IMG/VR virus record: IMGVR_UViG_3300033407_000093
Coordinates: 1-29,735 of that record
Origin: a virus
Taxonomy: Duplodnaviria > Caudoviricetes
DNA: 29,735 bases
Strand: one strand, 5' to 3'
This document shows, in pieces, positions 17,531 to 25,582 of this stretch. Within the stretch, counting starts at the first letter, position 1, and the number at the start of each line of letters is the position of its first letter. Position numbers and translations under genes: made by a program. The notes below the pieces were generated by a model. It was not told where the DNA came from. It saw only the letters and a list, made by a program, of their open reading frames with translations, and searched no databases.

Positions 17531-17562
17531 TCCCCAACCGGCAACGCCAGAGGATCATTTCA

Positions 17563-17850
17563 ATGGCCACCAAACCAACGACCCCCGCCAAGCCCAAGGC
17601 CGAGAAGGCCCCAAAGGCGGACAAGCCTGCTGCTGCGCCCAAACCGGCAAAGCCGAAGGAAGAAGCCCAGAGCTTCGAATTCGCCGTGATGAGCGCGGTG
17701 CGGGTGAATGGCAAGCGTCGCGAAGCTGGCGAAGTCGTCGAGCTCACGATGGATGTGGCGCAGGGGTTGCTCGATGCCGGTGTGATTTCCACCGACTTGC
17801 CCGATGACGAAGTCACCGAGCCGGTCAAGGAAGACGATACCAAGGAATAG
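17563..17850 (+). CDS. Small head-associated protein (Mu gp35 position) with K/P/A-rich N-terminus
   Basis: VRVNGKRREAGEVVEL..A..LL..GVI motif; GAGGA RBS. Confidence 0.7.
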   Translation: MATKPTTPAKPKAEKAPKADKPAAAPKPAKPKEEAQSFEFAVMSAVRVNGKRREAGEVVELTMDVAQGLLDAGVISTDLPDDEVTEPVKEDDTKE

Positions 17851-18060
17851 CGCGGACCGCATCCCGCGCTATCACCGGCGATGGGGGATTGTCGCTGGTT
17901 TACCGGTGGCGGCATTTCTCGATGGATGTCGCCACCGGTCGGAATTTCAGAGGGCGCTTGTCGCCCATGCTTGGAGGACGGCAGGTGATCGTCCTTCTCC
18001 AAAGCCCTGGACGTTGCATGTGTTGTGTTTGGTGCAACGTCCAGGCACCGCCCTTGAAAG
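17847..18060 (+). ncRNA. Candidate structured cis-regulatory RNA (multi-hairpin leader)
   Basis: Six stems covering nearly the whole intergenic region; most non-Watson-Crick positions are G-U on the + strand. Confidence 0.6.
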
Positions 18061-18069
18061 GATGTTTTC

Positions 18070-18297
18070 ATGATCCTCTATCGACGCTTCTTCCATTCAG
18101 CTTTCGGCTTGATTTGCGGCTTGGCTGTCGCCTGCTTCGTTTCCATCCTCTTGATAGCGGCAGGGATCGACTATCTCGCTGCGCTGCTCACACCGCCTCT
18201 CAAGGTGGTGCGTCTGCGCATCGGGGCGCTCGCCGCCAAATGCCGCCATCGCATCACGCATGCCGGTGGCATCTTCGTGCAGGCGGTGTCTGCATGA
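18070..18297 (+). CDS. Small membrane protein
   Basis: 75 aa; long hydrophobic stretch then basic C-terminus; AAAGGA RBS; ATGA-coupled to ACP. Confidence 0.6.
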   Translation: MILYRRFFHSAFGLICGLAVACFVSILLIAAGIDYLAALLTPPLKVVRLRIGALAAKCRHRITHAGGIFVQAVSA

Positions 18298-18557
18298 ACG
18301 ACCTCTCGTTGCGCATCCGCGAAATCATCGCCGACGTCATTGTCGGCTGCCCGATGTCACCCGAAGAGATGACACCGGTGACGCGGCTGCGCGACGAGCT
18401 CGGTGCCGACAGTCTCGATGAAGTCGAGATCAGCATCGAGATCGAGGAGAAGCTCGGGGTCGCTCTTGCCGATGAATTTCTCGACGAGGTCAAAACCGTT
18501 GGTGACTTTATCGCGGGCACGGATGCCCTTCTTATTGCAAAGGCGATGTCCAAATGA
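18294..18557 (+). CDS. acpP: Acyl carrier protein homolog
   Basis: 87 aa, acidic; RIREII..ELGADSLDEVEI..IEEKLG..DE..VKTVGD aligns with AcpP; Ppant Ser40 codon at 18411-18413. Confidence 0.9.
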   Translation: MNDLSLRIREIIADVIVGCPMSPEEMTPVTRLRDELGADSLDEVEISIEIEEKLGVALADEFLDEVKTVGDFIAGTDALLIAKAMSK

Positions 18558-18979
18558 GCTCCTACGCAACCAAACAGAACCTTATCGATCGCTTCGGCGA
18601 GCTTGAGCTGCTCCAGCTCACCGATCGCACGCACACGCCTCAGACAACGATCGACGACGCTGTTGTCGATGATGCGCTGAATGACGTCGCCTCGCAGATT
18701 GATGGCTATGTCGGCGCGCGCTATACGCTGCCGATCTCGCCGGTCCCGGCGCGCCTCACCAAGGTCGCCTGCGACATCGCGCGCTATTACCTCTTCGGCC
18801 GCGCTGCCGACGAGGTCGTGCGTCAGGCTTATGAAGACGGGGTGAAGTGGCTCGTCGAAGTCTCCAAGGGCATTGTCCAGATCAGCTCCGAAAGCGTGGG
18901 CGTCCAGCCTGCCATCGGCGGCGTTCAGACAAGCGTCCCGCCTTCCCTTTTCGACCAAGACAGTCTGGACCAGTTCTGA
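18554..18979 (+). CDS. Head-tail adaptor (Mu gp36/DUF1320)
   Basis: YAT..L..RFG..EL.QLTD, IDGYVGARYTLP, CDIARYYL. Confidence 0.9.
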   Translation: MSSYATKQNLIDRFGELELLQLTDRTHTPQTTIDDAVVDDALNDVASQIDGYVGARYTLPISPVPARLTKVACDIARYYLFGRAADEVVRQAYEDGVKWLVEVSKGIVQISSESVGVQPAIGGVQTSVPPSLFDQDSLDQF

Positions 18980-19557
18980 TGGCGGGCGCGGGTTGGCATA
19001 TTCAGGTTGCGGACGCCGAAGTGCAGACGGCGCTCAATGCCGTCGTTGCAGCCGGGCTTGACCCGGAACCGCTCTTTGAAGACATCGGGCAATCGCTGAT
19101 CGTTTCGACACAGCATCGCTTCGAGGCCGAAACCGATCCACAAGGCCGCAAATGGAAGGCGCTCGCCAAAAGCACGCTCCGCCGCAAGCGTGGCGATAAC
19201 CGCATCCTGCGCCAGAGCAACCGTCTCTATGACAGCATCACGAAAGATGTCGCGCCGGACTATCTGCTTGTCGGTACTGATGTCGCCTATGGCGGCGTTC
19301 ACCAGGGCGGCGCGACGATCGATCACTACGCCCGCTCGCAGAAGGCCACCTTCTCGCGCAATCGCAAAGGGCAGCTGCGCTTTGCATCGAAGCGGTCGAA
19401 GGCGAAGAGCCGCGTCGTCAAGCCGATCACGATTGGCGATCACACGGTCACCATCCCGGCACGGCCCTATCTTGGTCTCGACGAAGCCGACAAGGCGATG
19501 ATCCTCGAAAAGGCTGGCACTTATCTCACGAGCGCGGCTCAGGGAGGTGTGTCATGA
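18979..19557 (+). CDS. Virion morphogenesis/tail completion protein (Mu gpG-like)
   Basis: STQHRFE..DPQG.KW, IL....RL..SI, VGTDVAYGGVHQ.G, IPARPYLGL. Confidence 0.88.
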   Translation: MAGAGWHIQVADAEVQTALNAVVAAGLDPEPLFEDIGQSLIVSTQHRFEAETDPQGRKWKALAKSTLRRKRGDNRILRQSNRLYDSITKDVAPDYLLVGTDVAYGGVHQGGATIDHYARSQKATFSRNRKGQLRFASKRSKAKSRVVKPITIGDHTVTIPARPYLGLDEADKAMILEKAGTYLTSAAQGGVS

Positions 19558-19979
19558 GTCTCGTCGATGAAATGGTGACGCGTCTCAAGACCGAATGTGG
19601 TGACACGTTCAAACTCATCGAGCGCGTTGCCCAACTGGCCGACATCAAGGTTCTGCCGATCGTTATGCCCGCCCTCTACGTCTATGTCGTTGAGGAAGCG
19701 GCAAAGGAAAACGAGCGCGTCAACGAAGTCTATCAGCGCGTCGAGGCGGACATCGCCTGCATGATCATCACGTCAAACGTCGGCGATCCCAAAGGCGGTC
19801 GCGCCTCAAGCGATGTCGAAATCTTGAAGAAGGTGATCGACGACACGCTCATTGGCTGGCAGCCAGCCTCGGCCGCTGAAGCCATCGAATATGTCGGCGG
19901 TCGCCTCGCCCGCGCCAATGCTGGCGCTGTCTGGTGGGAGCACACGCTCGGAGCCGCATTTTACAAGGGAGAAGCATGA
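19554..19979 (+). CDS. Tail terminator-like protein (gp37 position)
   Basis: PALYV, LIGWQP motifs; synteny before the tail tube. Confidence 0.7.
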   Translation: MSLVDEMVTRLKTECGDTFKLIERVAQLADIKVLPIVMPALYVYVVEEAAKENERVNEVYQRVEADIACMIITSNVGDPKGGRASSDVEILKKVIDDTLIGWQPASAAEAIEYVGGRLARANAGAVWWEHTLGAAFYKGEA

Positions 19980-20182
19980 TGCCTGTTCGTCAAGGTGGCA
20001 GCTATCTGAAGAAGAGCCCGGACGCCAAGCCCGAGCTCGTCGAGCGCACCGCGCCTGCGCCGCATCCCAATACTCCGGCACCGGCTTCCGTCGAGCCTGT
20101 TGCCGTGATGGAAGAAACATCCGTCGAAGAGAGCAAGACCAGCTCGTCGAAATCAACGCCTAAGAGCAAGGCCAAGGAGTAA
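19976..20182 (+). CDS. Small hypothetical protein
   Basis: GGSY..LVERT.P motif; ATGA overlap; GGGAG RBS. Confidence 0.6.
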   Translation: MMPVRQGGSYLKKSPDAKPELVERTAPAPHPNTPAPASVEPVAVMEETSVEESKTSSSKSTPKSKAKE

Positions 20183-20184
20183 TC

Positions 20185-21117
20185 ATGACCAAGCGTTATT
20201 TCCGCAAGCTCGCTGCGCTTGCCAAAATCGAAGCGACCTATGGCGTTGACGCCACGCCGACCGCAATGGCCAATGCCATTCGCTGCACGGATGTCAGCTT
20301 CAATCCGCTGGCGGCCGACAAGGTCGAGCGTAATCTCTATTTCGACAATCTCGGCGCTCAGCCTTCCCTGCAGGCCGGTGAGCATGTCGAGATGAGCTTC
20401 AAGGTGGAGCTTGCCGGATCGGGCACCGCTGGCGTTGCGCCTGCATGGGGTCCACTCATGCGCGCTTGCGGCATGTCGGAAACCATCGTCGCCGATACGA
20501 GCGTCACCTATGCGCCGGTGAGCGCGGGCTACGAGTCCATCTCGGAATATTTCAATCTCGATGGCGTGTTGCATCAATTTCTGGGCGGCCGCGGCAATGT
20601 GAAAATCGCGCTCACGCCCAAGCAAATCCCCTATCTGGATTTCAACTTCATGGGGTTGCTCGTGGCGGCAGCCGATAGCGCCTTGCCCTCGCCTGACTTC
20701 AGCGCGTGGCAGGACCCCCTCATCGTCTCGAAGACGAACACGCCGACATGGGCGATGCACGGATACGCCGCAATCGGCGAAAGCTTGACGCTCGATCTCG
20801 GCAACAAGGTGGAAATGCGCAACCTCGTCGGCGAGGACAGCGTGCAGATCACTGATCGCAAGGGCTCCGGCTCGATGGTAATCGAAGCGCCGCTGCTTGC
20901 CGCCAAGAACTTCTTCGCGATCTCGCGGGCTCGCACGCGTGGTGCGCTCGCCGTCGTGCATGGCACGGCTGCGGGCAACATCGTGACGATCGGCGCGCCC
21001 AAATGCGAGATCGATCCGCCGAGCTATGGCCAGACGCAGGGCATCGTCAATCTCACGCTGCCTTTCGTCCCGACCTTCGATGCAGGCGACGACGATCTCA
21101 CGATCGCGTTGACCTGA
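20185..21117 (+). CDS. Major tail tube protein (non-contractile tail)
   Basis: AKIEATYGVD, VELAGSGTAG..PAWG.L.RACG, G.RGN; AAGGAG RBS. Confidence 0.85.
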   Translation: MTKRYFRKLAALAKIEATYGVDATPTAMANAIRCTDVSFNPLAADKVERNLYFDNLGAQPSLQAGEHVEMSFKVELAGSGTAGVAPAWGPLMRACGMSETIVADTSVTYAPVSAGYESISEYFNLDGVLHQFLGGRGNVKIALTPKQIPYLDFNFMGLLVAAADSALPSPDFSAWQDPLIVSKTNTPTWAMHGYAAIGESLTLDLGNKVEMRNLVGEDSVQITDRKGSGSMVIEAPLLAAKNFFAISRARTRGALAVVHGTAAGNIVTIGAPKCEIDPPSYGQTQGIVNLTLPFVPTFDAGDDDLTIALT

Positions 21118-21163
21118 GCTTTTGCCCACCCCTTTGAACACCCCCATTCACAAGGATTGAAAC

Positions 21164-21532
21164 ATGTTTGAATTTTTCTCCGAACCTCTCCAGCACTGGT
21201 GGCCTGTTGTCGTCAAGGCCCCTTCGAGCGCCACGCCTGGCGCAATTGTCGAGCATCGCTTTGAGGTGCTTTTCGAAACGCTGGAGCATGACGAGGCCGA
21301 AAAGATAGACAATGAAGTGTCGGCCGCCGAGATCGCTGGCGATACCTCGAAGCGCAATGTCCTGCTTCGTCGTGTCGTCAAGGGCTGGAAAGGCGTTGTC
21401 GACCAGAAACAGCAGCCGATCCCCTTCTCCACTGAGGTGCTCGACAAGGTTCTTCAGTTCACATGGAACCGCATCGGGTTCAATCGCGCCTGGACGGCTT
21501 ACCAGAACGGAGATCCGCGTCTGGGAAACTGA
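21164..21532 (+). CDS. Tail assembly chaperone (lambda gpG-like)
   Basis: WWPVVV, GWKGVVD..PIPFS; ends in slippery G GGA AAC. Confidence 0.8.
   Translation: MFEFFSEPLQHWWPVVVKAPSSATPGAIVEHRFEVLFETLEHDEAEKIDNEVSAAEIAGDTSKRNVLLRRVVKGWKGVVDQKQQPIPFSTEVLDKVLQFTWNRIGFNRAWTAYQNGDPRLGN
21523..21529 (+). other. -1 programmed ribosomal frameshift heptamer GGGAAAC
   Basis: X XXY YYZ immediately before TGA; the -1 frame is open into DUF1799. Confidence 0.85.
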
Positions 21533-21942
21533 GAGGCGCTGCGATCGTCTGGGCCCGCAAAATCTCAGGCACGGAAGATCGATCAGCGCCGCAACCGATC
21601 GATGAAGAAGAAGCGAAGGAATGGGCAAAGCTCGGTGGTGAGGTGAAACCGAAGGCCCTGACCAAGCGGCGAGATTTCCCGATTGCGGAAGCCAACAGGG
21701 AGACGGTGCTTCTCTTCCTGTCGTTGCAAACGCAATGGCGGGTCGCACCGACCGAAAGGGGTCTGATGTGGTTTGGCCTCGATTATGTGGCAGTCGCCGC
21801 GCTGATGCGGATGAAGAAGACGAAGGGTAAAGCCAGGATGATCGAGAGGCTGCAGATGATGGAGGAAGCGGCGCTGAGCGTTCTCAGCGGTTGCGCCTTG
21901 TCTGATGCAGATCTCGCCTGGGCGAAAGGTGGTGACGCATGA
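21523..21942 (+). CDS. Tail chaperone extension (gpT-like, DUF1799) reached by frameshift
   Basis: N...V.LF..LQTQWR..GLDY..V..L..ME..AL. Confidence 0.8.
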   Translation, partial: GKLRGAAIVWARKISGTEDRSAPQPIDEEEAKEWAKLGGEVKPKALTKRRDFPIAEANRETVLLFLSLQTQWRVAPTERGLMWFGLDYVAVAALMRMKKTKGKARMIERLQMMEEAALSVLSGCALSDADLAWAKGGDA

Positions 21943-24900
21943 CCGATCTCGTTGTCGCCCTCAAGCTCACCGCCGATGGTTCCGATCTTGTCAGCGAGGT
22001 CCGGCTTTCGAGCGCGGAACTGAAGCAACTTGGCGTTGCGGCCGGACAGGCAGAGGTGGAGGCGCGGCGCACGGCGGCGGGTCTTGGCTCTGTGGAGGTT
22101 CAGACGCGCCAGGCGGCGGCCGCTACCCGCGCCTTTACAAATGAAACACGCGCGATGGCAAACGCCATCAATGAATATGACGACAAGCTCGATGGGATGC
22201 GCGCGAAGTTCAATCCCTTCGTCGCCCTTCAGCGTGACTACGTGGCGCGGCAGAAAGAGATCAACGCAGCTGTTGCCCAGGGCGGCATCAACCAGATTGA
22301 AGGCCAGCGTGAGCTCGACCGGACACGCACAGCCTATTCACGCAACCTCAATTCACTGAAGGCCATGACGGCCGCCTCGCGCGAACATACCGGCGCGGTG
22401 AAGCTGCAGGGTTATCAGATCACCAATCTGGGTTACCAAATACAGGACGTCGGCGTGCAACTCGCGTCGGGCACCAATCCCTTCGTGATCCTCGCGCAGC
22501 AGGGCCCGCAAGCGACAAGCGCCGTGGGCGGCGTCAAGAATGCGCTGGCATTGGTCGCTCCCTATTTCACCGCGACGACAGTCACGGTGGGCTTCCTTAC
22601 AGCCGGTCTCGTTGCCGGAGCAGCGGCCTGGCATTCCTATCTCGCATCGGTCAAGGCGGTTGAAACCGCCTCGCAAGGCCGTGGCCGATCACTCGGGATC
22701 AGCCCCGGCGACCTCGAAGCCATCGCCTCAGCGGGGGCAGAAGCGTCGGGCATTTCGCAAAAGACAGCGCGCGATGCTGAGGTCAGCTTTCTGAATACCG
22801 GCCGCATCGGCCAGGCGACGATGCGGGGCCTGATCTCGATCTCACGCGACTATGCCAATCTGATCGGCAGCGATGTCTCGACCGCCATCGACGATCTGGC
22901 GCAGAAGTTCAAGGACCCGGCAAAGGGTGCGGAGGAGCTACAGAAATCCTACGACCTGCTCGATGATAGGACCAAGCGCTATATCGAGACGCTGACTTCG
23001 CAAAATCGGATCTACGAAGCGCAAGCTGCATTATTCTCGGCGCTCAACAAACGAGTTGAGAATTCTGCCGATCAAATCACTGCACTAGGACGCGGGTGGA
23101 ACTATGTCTCCAATGGCATTTCCAATGCCTGGGACGGTCTTGGTGCCTTTGTCGATCGGATGGTCGATGGTGTCCCCGCCTCGCAAGCCTACCTCGATGA
23201 ACTGACGAACGTCCAAACGGCCGCTGAAAAGGTCGGTGCGAGAGGCGTACTGCTCAAGGGTGTTGGCGTGCTCGACATGAACGAGCTCGATGACGAAATC
23301 ACCCGCGTCAAATCAAAGCTGGCCAAGCTGCGCGCCGATGCCGCCAACGACAATCTCAATCGGATCTCCGCTCGGGCAGGCGACATCGGTCGCAAGTACA
23401 CGCCGGGTGTTAGCGAGCTTGATCAACTGCGCACCGATCAGGCGAGCGCCAATGCCGTACTCCACAATCAGGACGCCGCCGCTCGCGTCGATAATCTCGG
23501 CCAAGTCGCCAATGCCTATCTCGCGGTTGGCCACGCGATTGACACCTATCTGACGCCTGCGCAAAGGGCCCAAAGACTCGATGATCTCAGCCTGCAGGCA
23601 CTGACCGCACGCTCGCCCGCCGAGAAGGGTCGGATCGCCGAAGAGCGCAAGAGCGTCGAGCTTGCCGGTCAGTCGATCTCTGCCGGCGAGGTCGAGACAC
23701 AAATCATTCGGGCTGGAACGGTCGCCCGGCAGACCGCCACGCAGGCCATCGCCGACCAGAACACAGCGACAGCCATCAATACGCGCGCCACGCTCGATGT
23801 GGCTGCCGCCATGCTCACGAGTGCTGACGCGGCCGAACGCGCCAAGGCACGCCGCACGGCGCTTTCAGAGGCGTTTCAGAACGGCGCGAATGTTGAAACA
23901 CAATCCCGCCTGCAGCTCAAAGCGGCGATCGCCACTCAGGCCGAAACCGCCGCGCAGTCGGTGCTCGATCTCAACCAACAGGCCAGCGTCCAGAAGCGCG
24001 TCAACGATGCGGTGAGCGCCGGGACACTGACTGTTGCCCAGGCGAACGACAAGGCGAAGGTCGACGCGGCTCTGCGTCCCTTGCTGACGGCGCGCGCTCT
24101 TGCCGAAGGCGATGCCAAGGCGCAGCTCACCAAGATCATCAATGCGCTCACAGCCGCCTATGGACGGCTCAACGCCGAACAGGCGCGCGCGGCCGCCAAT
24201 GACATCATCGCAGGCCAGAAGGACGAGCTCGCGACCCTGCAAGCCGAAGCACAGGCCATTGGCAAGAGCGCCGAGGCGCGCGCCGTCTCAACGGCCGTCC
24301 TTCAGGCCGAGCAGCAGGCGCGCCGCCAGAACATTGATCTCGCCTCGACTCAAGGGCAGACGATTGTCTCGAATGCAGCCAAGAACGCGAGAGCGACGGT
24401 CGAAGTGGAGCGCCAGCAAGACGCCTACAACGGCCTTGCACAGGTCGGTCAGAGCGCTCTCGACAATCTGTCGGACTCGATCGCCAAGAACGGTCTGAGC
24501 TGGACATCGCTTGCCGACGTCGCGACCAGTGCTCTGCAGGACATCATGCAAGAGCTGACACGGCTGGCGATTTCAAACCCTCTGAAGAATGCGCTCTTCG
24601 GCACGAATGCTGGCACGCTGAGCGACGCCGGTGGCCTTCTTGGCAGCTTGTTCGGTAGCGGCGTCTTTCATACCGGCGGCGTCGTCGGCGAAGGGGCAAA
24701 TGACAATGCCGTACGCGCTGTGCCAGTCTCGACATTCGCCCATGCCCAGCGCCGTCACATGGGTGGCCTTGCCGCAAACGAAGTGCCGATCATCGCCAAA
24801 AAGGGCGAAGAGGTGCTCACCGCCGATGATCCGCGACATATCAATAATCTCGGCAAGGGTGGCAAGACCGGCTCGGGTCGCGGCGACGTCATCGTCAACA

Positions 24901-25091
24901 ATTATCCGGCTCCTGGTACCGAGAGCAAGGTTACGACGCGTAAAGGCGCGAACGGCGAAACGATCATCGATATAGTCGGCCGAGAGATCAAGAAATCGAT
25001 CGCGTCCGACATCGCCAACGGTCAAGGCGACATCACCGATGCGATGGTTGGCCGCTTCGGTCTCAATCGCGCCAGCGGATTGCAGAGTTAG
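21939..25091 (+). CDS. Tail tape measure protein
   Basis: 1050 aa, Ala-rich; NLGYQIQDVGVQLASGTNPFVILAQQGPQ; C-terminal FHTGGVV..EVPIIAKKGEEVL. Confidence 0.93.
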   Translation: MTDLVVALKLTADGSDLVSEVRLSSAELKQLGVAAGQAEVEARRTAAGLGSVEVQTRQAAAATRAFTNETRAMANAINEYDDKLDGMRAKFNPFVALQRDYVARQKEINAAVAQGGINQIEGQRELDRTRTAYSRNLNSLKAMTAASREHTGAVKLQGYQITNLGYQIQDVGVQLASGTNPFVILAQQGPQATSAVGGVKNALALVAPYFTATTVTVGFLTAGLVAGAAAWHSYLASVKAVETASQGRGRSLGISPGDLEAIASAGAEASGISQKTARDAEVSFLNTGRIGQATMRGLISISRDYANLIGSDVSTAIDDLAQKFKDPAKGAEELQKSYDLLDDRTKRYIETLTSQNRIYEAQAALFSALNKRVENSADQITALGRGWNYVSNGISNAWDGLGAFVDRMVDGVPASQAYLDELTNVQTAAEKVGARGVLLKGVGVLDMNELDDEITRVKSKLAKLRADAANDNLNRISARAGDIGRKYTPGVSELDQLRTDQASANAVLHNQDAAARVDNLGQVANAYLAVGHAIDTYLTPAQRAQRLDDLSLQALTARSPAEKGRIAEERKSVELAGQSISAGEVETQIIRAGTVARQTATQAIADQNTATAINTRATLDVAAAMLTSADAAERAKARRTALSEAFQNGANVETQSRLQLKAAIATQAETAAQSVLDLNQQASVQKRVNDAVSAGTLTVAQANDKAKVDAALRPLLTARALAEGDAKAQLTKIINALTAAYGRLNAEQARAAANDIIAGQKDELATLQAEAQAIGKSAEARAVSTAVLQAEQQARRQNIDLASTQGQTIVSNAAKNARATVEVERQQDAYNGLAQVGQSALDNLSDSIAKNGLSWTSLADVATSALQDIMQELTRLAISNPLKNALFGTNAGTLSDAGGLLGSLFGSGVFHTGGVVGEGANDNAVRAVPVSTFAHAQRRHMGGLAANEVPIIAKKGEEVLTADDPRHINNLGKGGKTGSGRGDVIVNNYPAPGTESKVTTRKGANGETIIDIVGREIKKSIASDIANGQGDITDAMVGRFGLNRASGLQS

Positions 25092-25094
25092 GGC

Positions 25095-25577
25095 ATGGCC
25101 ATACAGACATGGCCTGCGGGCCTCAATTTCCGACCGATGCGCGATGGCTATGCCTTCGATCCACACGATCCCTTGTCCCGCACGGACATGGAGCAGGGCC
25201 CGGCGCGCCAACGCCTCATCTATCCGAACTCCCCGGCGACACCCAATCTCGTCTGGCCATTCACGGCCGATGAATTCGAAGTGTTTCGCGCCTGGTACCA
25301 CGAGGATCTGCGCGATGGTGCGGAATGGTTCTGGATGCAGGTCTTCATCGGTGGTCGCCAGATGCTCGGCCTTTGCCAGTTCATCGGTGCGTTTCAGCCC
25401 GTGCTCAATGGCAATGTCTGGAAGGTGACCACGAAGCTTCAGGTGCGCAACGTCGAATATATGGACGCCGATGCGCGCTGGTTCGCTGGCGAATATGGAC
25501 CGGGGCTGGCGATCACCATCGCAGACAGACTGCACACCATCATTCATGAGGAGGCACCGGTAGACTTGCCGGGTTGA
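25095..25577 (+). CDS. Distal tail protein-like
   Basis: RTDMEQGPARQR, F.AWY...L.DGA.WF; directly after TMP. Confidence 0.7.
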   Translation: MAIQTWPAGLNFRPMRDGYAFDPHDPLSRTDMEQGPARQRLIYPNSPATPNLVWPFTADEFEVFRAWYHEDLRDGAEWFWMQVFIGGRQMLGLCQFIGAFQPVLNGNVWKVTTKLQVRNVEYMDADARWFAGEYGPGLAITIADRLHTIIHEEAPVDLPG

Positions 25578-25582
25578 CGCGT

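Noticed and set aside
17847-18060. Hairpin cluster as tRNA, CRISPR array or retron/DGR RNA
   Set aside because: No cloverleaf or T-loop consensus, hairpins differ in sequence, and no reverse transcriptase in the window
17889-18293. N-terminal extension making the ACP a 222-aa protein
   Set aside because: Runs through the hairpin region and overlaps the TM ORF; ATG 18294 gives a normal-size ACP with ATGA coupling
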